Part shown: in pieces, positions 61,051 through 64,000 of the stretch
Numbering within the stretch: position 1 is the first letter of the stretch
How the letters are laid out: every line of letters begins with the position of its first letter
Origin: Thermoleophilia bacterium UBA2241
Lineage (GTDB): Bacteria; Actinomycetota; Thermoleophilia; UBA2241
Assembly (NCBI GenBank): GCA_002347645.1
Contig: DDYF01000060.1
Location: 38,663 to 102,662, forward strand
Direction of reading: 5' to 3'
Length of the DNA stretch: 64,000 nt
Notes under the pieces: generated by a model
Told to the model about the DNA's origin: nothing
Seen by the model: only the letters and a program-made list of their open reading frames with translations
Databases searched by the model: none
Position numbers and translations under genes: made by a program

Positions 61051-63600
61051 TCACCGTCCCGGGCGGAAGCGCCGCAGACGCAGGCTGTTGCTGACCACGG
61101 TGAGGCTCGAGAGCCCCATGGCCGCCGCGGCGAAGATGGGGTCCAGCAGCACGCCGAAGCCGGGGTAGAAGACGCCCGCGGCCAGCGGGATGAGCGCGAC
61201 GTTGTACGCGAAGGCCCAGAAGAGGTTCTGCTTGACCACCCTGATGGTGCGTCGCGACAGCTCCACCGCTGTCGCGACGCCGTTCAGGTCGCCCGACACG
61301 AGGGTGACGTCGCCGGCCTCGAGGGCCACGTCGGCGCCGGTGCCGATCGCGATGCCGACGTCGGCCTGCGCCAGCGCCGGCGCGTCGTTGATGCCGTCCC
61401 CGACCATGGCGACGCGCTTGCCGTCCTCCTGCAGCTCCTTGACCCGTGCCGCCTTCTGCTCGGGGAGGACCTCGGCGAGCACGTGCGTGATGCCCACCTC
61501 GCCGGCGATCGCCTGCGCGGCGCGCCGGTCGTCGCCGGTCAGCATGACGACGTCGAGCCCGAGCGCGCGCAGGCGCTGGATGGCCGACGCAGAGGCAGGC
61601 TTGACGGTGTCGGCGGCCGCGATCAGCGCCGCCGCGCGGCCGTCGACCGAGACGCCCACGATGGTGTTGCCGGCCGCCAGCAGCTCGTCGACGGCCGCGT
61701 CGCGCGGCAGGTCGACGAGGCGGCCGCTGCCGACGACCACGTCGCGGCCTTCGACCGTGGCGCGGATGCCGTGCCCGGCGAGCGCCTCGAAGCGGTCGGC
61801 CGCGGGCGGTTCCAGGCCGCGTTCAGCGGCGGCGGCGAGCAGCGCGGCGGCGAGCGGGTGCTCGCTGCCGCGCTCGGCCGCCGCCGCCAGGCGCACGACC
61901 TCGTCCTCGCTCAGGGGCGCCCGGCCGTCGGCGGCTGCGCCTCCCGGCGCGCCGCCCTCCGCGTCCGGCAGGATCACGTCGGTGACGCGCGGCTTGCCTT
62001 CGGTGATCGTCCCCGTCTTGTCGAGCACGACGGTGTCGAGCTTGTGGGCGGTCTCGAGCGAGGCGCCGTCGCGGATCAGGATGCCGTGCTCGGCGCCCTT
62101 GCCGGTGCCGACCATGATCGCCGTCGGGGTCGCCAGGCCCAGGGCGCAGGGGCACGCGATCACGAGGACGGCGACGAAGTTGAGCAGGGCGTACGTGAGC
62201 GCGGGTTCGGGGCCGAAGACCAGCCACACGACGAGCGTGACCGTGGCGATGCCGATGACCGCGGGCACGAAGTAGCCGGCGATGACGTCGGCGAGGCGCG
62301 CGATCGGCGGCTTGGACCCCTGTGCCTGCTCGACCAGGCGCACGATCTGCGCCAGCGCCGTCTCGCTCCCCACGCGGGTGGTGCGGAAGGTGAAGCTGCC
62401 CGTGGTGTTGAGCGTGCCGCCGATGACCTCGGCGCCGGGCTCCTTGAGCACGGGGATCGGCTCGCCGGTCAGCATCGCCTCGTCGACCGCCGAGCCGCCC
62501 TCGACGACCTCGCCGTCGACCGGCACCTTCTCGCCGGGGCGCACGCGCACGAGGTCGCCGGCGACGACGGCGGCGATCGGCACGTCGACCTCGCCGCCGT
62601 CGCGCACGACGCGCGCCGTGCGCGGCTGCAGGCCGATGAGTTTGCGCACCGCCTCACCGGTCTGGCCCTTGGCGCGCGCCTCGAGCATCCGGCCGAACAG
62701 GATCAGGGTGATGATGAACGCCGCCGAGTCGAAGTACATCGGCTCGCCGAGGCCCTCGTGCCGGAACCAGCCCGGGAACAGCACGCCGGCGACGCTGTAG
62801 AAGTACGCCGCCGACGAACCCATCGCGATCAGCGTGTTCATGTTGGTGCTCAAGCCGTGCCGCAGGCCCGCCCACGCCGCCCGGTAGAACTGCGCCCCCA
62901 CCCAGAACTGTACCGGCGTGGCCAGCGCCCAGAGCAGGTAGCCGTTGCTGAGCCAGTCGGGCAGGAAGGGGAACCAGTGGGGCTGCATCGTGCCGGCGAA
63001 CACGACGACGCTGAGGACGAAGCCCACGACGACCTTGCGCTTCAGGGCACGGTAGGCGGCGGCACGGGCCGCCTGCTCGGCGTCGAGGGCCGCCTCCGTG
63101 GCCTCGACGCCCCCGTTCGCCGCCGCGCCAGCCGGTGCTGCGGCCGCGCCGCCGGCGACCGCCTCGGCCGCCGCGCCTCCGGCCACGTCGTAGCCGGCGG
63201 CGTGCACGGCCGCGACGAGGCGCGCCCGGTCCGTCTCGCCGGGCACGTAGGTCACGGTGGCCTTCTCCGTCGCGAGGTTCACCTCGGCGTCGACGACGCC
63301 CGGCGCCTTCCTGAGGGCGCGCTCGACGCGGCTCACGCAGCTGGCGCAGGTCATTCCCAGGATCGGCAAGGTCTCGCGCCGCGTCACGACGTCGTAGCCG
63401 GCCTTCTGCACTGTCGCGACCAGGTCGTGCGCCGAAAGCAGGGCCGGGTCGAAGACCACGGTCGCCCTCTCGGTCGCGAAGTTGACGCTCGCGTCGTCGA
63501 CGCCCTCGAGCCCGCGCAGGGCGCGCTCGGTGCGCGCCACGCAGCTCGCGCACGTCATGCCCTCGATCGGCAGGTCCAGTGTCGTCGTGTCGTCCCGCAT
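61051..63600 (-). CDS. copA: copper-translocating P1B-type ATPase with two N-terminal HMA domains
   Basis: Two GMTCASCV metal-binding domains, CPC ([10 protein letters not shown]), [15 protein letters not shown]. Confidence 0.9.
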   Translation of the reverse strand: MRDDTTTLDLPIEGMTCASCVARTERALRGLEGVDDASVNFATERATVVFDPALLSAHDLVATVQKAGYDVVTRRETLPILGMTCASCVSRVERALRKAPGVVDAEVNLATEKATVTYVPGETDRARLVAAVHAAGYDVAGGAAAEAVAGGAAAAPAGAAANGGVEATEAALDAEQAARAAAYRALKRKVVVGFVLSVVVFAGTMQPHWFPFLPDWLSNGYLLWALATPVQFWVGAQFYRAAWAGLRHGLSTNMNTLIAMGSSAAYFYSVAGVLFPGWFRHEGLGEPMYFDSAAFIITLILFGRMLEARAKGQTGEAVRKLIGLQPRTARVVRDGGEVDVPIAAVVAGDLVRVRPGEKVPVDGEVVEGGSAVDEAMLTGEPIPVLKEPGAEVIGGTLNTTGSFTFRTTRVGSETALAQIVRLVEQAQGSKPPIARLADVIAGYFVPAVIGIATVTLVVWLVFGPEPALTYALLNFVAVLVIACPCALGLATPTAIMVGTGKGAEHGILIRDGASLETAHKLDTVVLDKTGTITEGKPRVTDVILPDAEGGAPGGAAADGRAPLSEDEVVRLAAAAERGSEHPLAAALLAAAAERGLEPPAADRFEALAGHGIRATVEGRDVVVGSGRLVDLPRDAAVDELLAAGNTIVGVSVDGRAAALIAAADTVKPASASAIQRLRALGLDVVMLTGDDRRAAQAIAGEVGITHVLAEVLPEQKAARVKELQEDGKRVAMVGDGINDAPALAQADVGIAIGTGADVALEAGDVTLVSGDLNGVATAVELSRRTIRVVKQNLFWAFAYNVALIPLAAGVFYPGFGVLLDPIFAAAAMGLSSLTVVSNSLRLRRFRPGR

Positions 63601-63687
63601 CTCGATCTCGTCTGACCTCGTCGTGTCCGTCGCCGCGGCGCCCTGCGTCGGGCACCTCTCAGGATGTTCCCCGTGTCGCCCAGCCTC

Positions 63688-63704
63688 ATACCCCCCGGGA
63701 GTAT
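63688..63704. promoter_or_regulatory. CsoR/RcnR-type operator-like site ATACCCCCCGGGAGTAT upstream of copA
   Basis: AT-flanked C6/G3 tract (ATAC-C6...GTAT pseudo-palindrome) 84-100 nt upstream of copA start. Confidence 0.4.
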
Positions 63705-63742
63705 CGCGGCGGCGGCTGTCGGAAATGGACTATCATCGGGGC

Positions 63743-64000
63743 ATGCCCGAATTGCCGGAAGTAGAGGTGTGCGCGCGAGGCCTCGCTCGCCTCGTGAACG
63801 GTTATCGCGTCGACGAGGCGCGCTGCACCCAGGCCGGCCGCATCGTCAATCCCAAGGGCGATGCCGCGGCGTGGGTCGCCGGTCTCGCCGGACGCACCCT
63901 GGTGGACGTCGCGCGGCGCGGCAAGCGCCTCATCTTGCGGCTCGACGACGACCGCGCTTTGGTGTTTGGCTTCGGCCTGTGGGCCGAGGTCACGGTCTCG
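63743..64000 (+). CDS. formamidopyrimidine-DNA glycosylase (Fpg/Nei family), 5' part; continues beyond window
   Basis: MPELPEVEV N-terminus with catalytic Pro2/Glu3. Confidence 0.75.
   Translation, partial: MPELPEVEVCARGLARLVNGYRVDEARCTQAGRIVNPKGDAAAWVAGLAGRTLVDVARRGKRLILRLDDDRALVFGFGLWAEVTVS

Overview
This is a 64-kb, roughly 70% GC chromosomal window. Gene order and protein motifs point to an Actinomycetota-like genome; the taxon is an inference.

Positions 1-7400 hold the 3' end of the spc/alpha ribosomal-protein superoperon: rplR (3' fragment), rpsE, rpmD, rplO, secY, adk, map, infA, rpmJ, rpsM, rpsK, rpsD, rpoA and rplQ, ending in a GC hairpin terminator. rpmJ is a 37-aa gene that the ORF track omits.

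Next come the classic ecfA(fused A1A2)-ecfT-truA cluster, an LCP (LytR-CpsA-Psr) protein and a ROK sugar kinase. They are followed by an unlisted 57-aa 2[4Fe-4S] ferredoxin. A Zn-ribbon mini-protein and a solitary DPPF-type DNA methyltransferase come next. After those are a GNAT, rsmI, a stand-alone homocysteine S-methyltransferase, zupT, and a minus-strand catabolic-looking module (Lrp regulator, class-III aminotransferase, agmatinase-family ureohydrolase). That module contains a perfect 44-bp palindrome.

Further genes are a flavin reductase, a class-II Fic protein and the run metG-tatD-rsmA-ispE. A long leader with a repeated 15-mer then precedes a translationally coupled LKR-SDH-SDH operon, which is a split AASS-like saccharopine pathway. 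The window continues with tRNA-Gln, glmU-prs-rplY(ctc)-pth, a PLC-like/PBP4 pair and mfd. After those are a PrsA-like foldase, yabN/mazG and eno. A Zn-ribbon/TPR membrane protein and pyk then interrupt the conserved actinobacterial eno-ftsB-DUF501-ppx synteny.

The last ~14 kb look more accessory: a C11 clostripain-like peptidase, tRNA-Leu, an FG-GAP/IPT propeller protein and an orphan hypothetical protein behind twin GTTGCC-N6-GGCAAC palindromes. After those are DUF427, an SPFH protein, uspA and a zur-znuACB operon with a recognisable Zur box. Then come a QueG-like Fe-S protein, a tiny promoter/terminator-bounded 20-codon ORF, a copA P-type ATPase with a CsoR/RcnR-type operator, and the 5' end of fpg.

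No CRISPR array, integrase or transposase was seen. All calls rest on motif recognition by eye, because no searches could be run.
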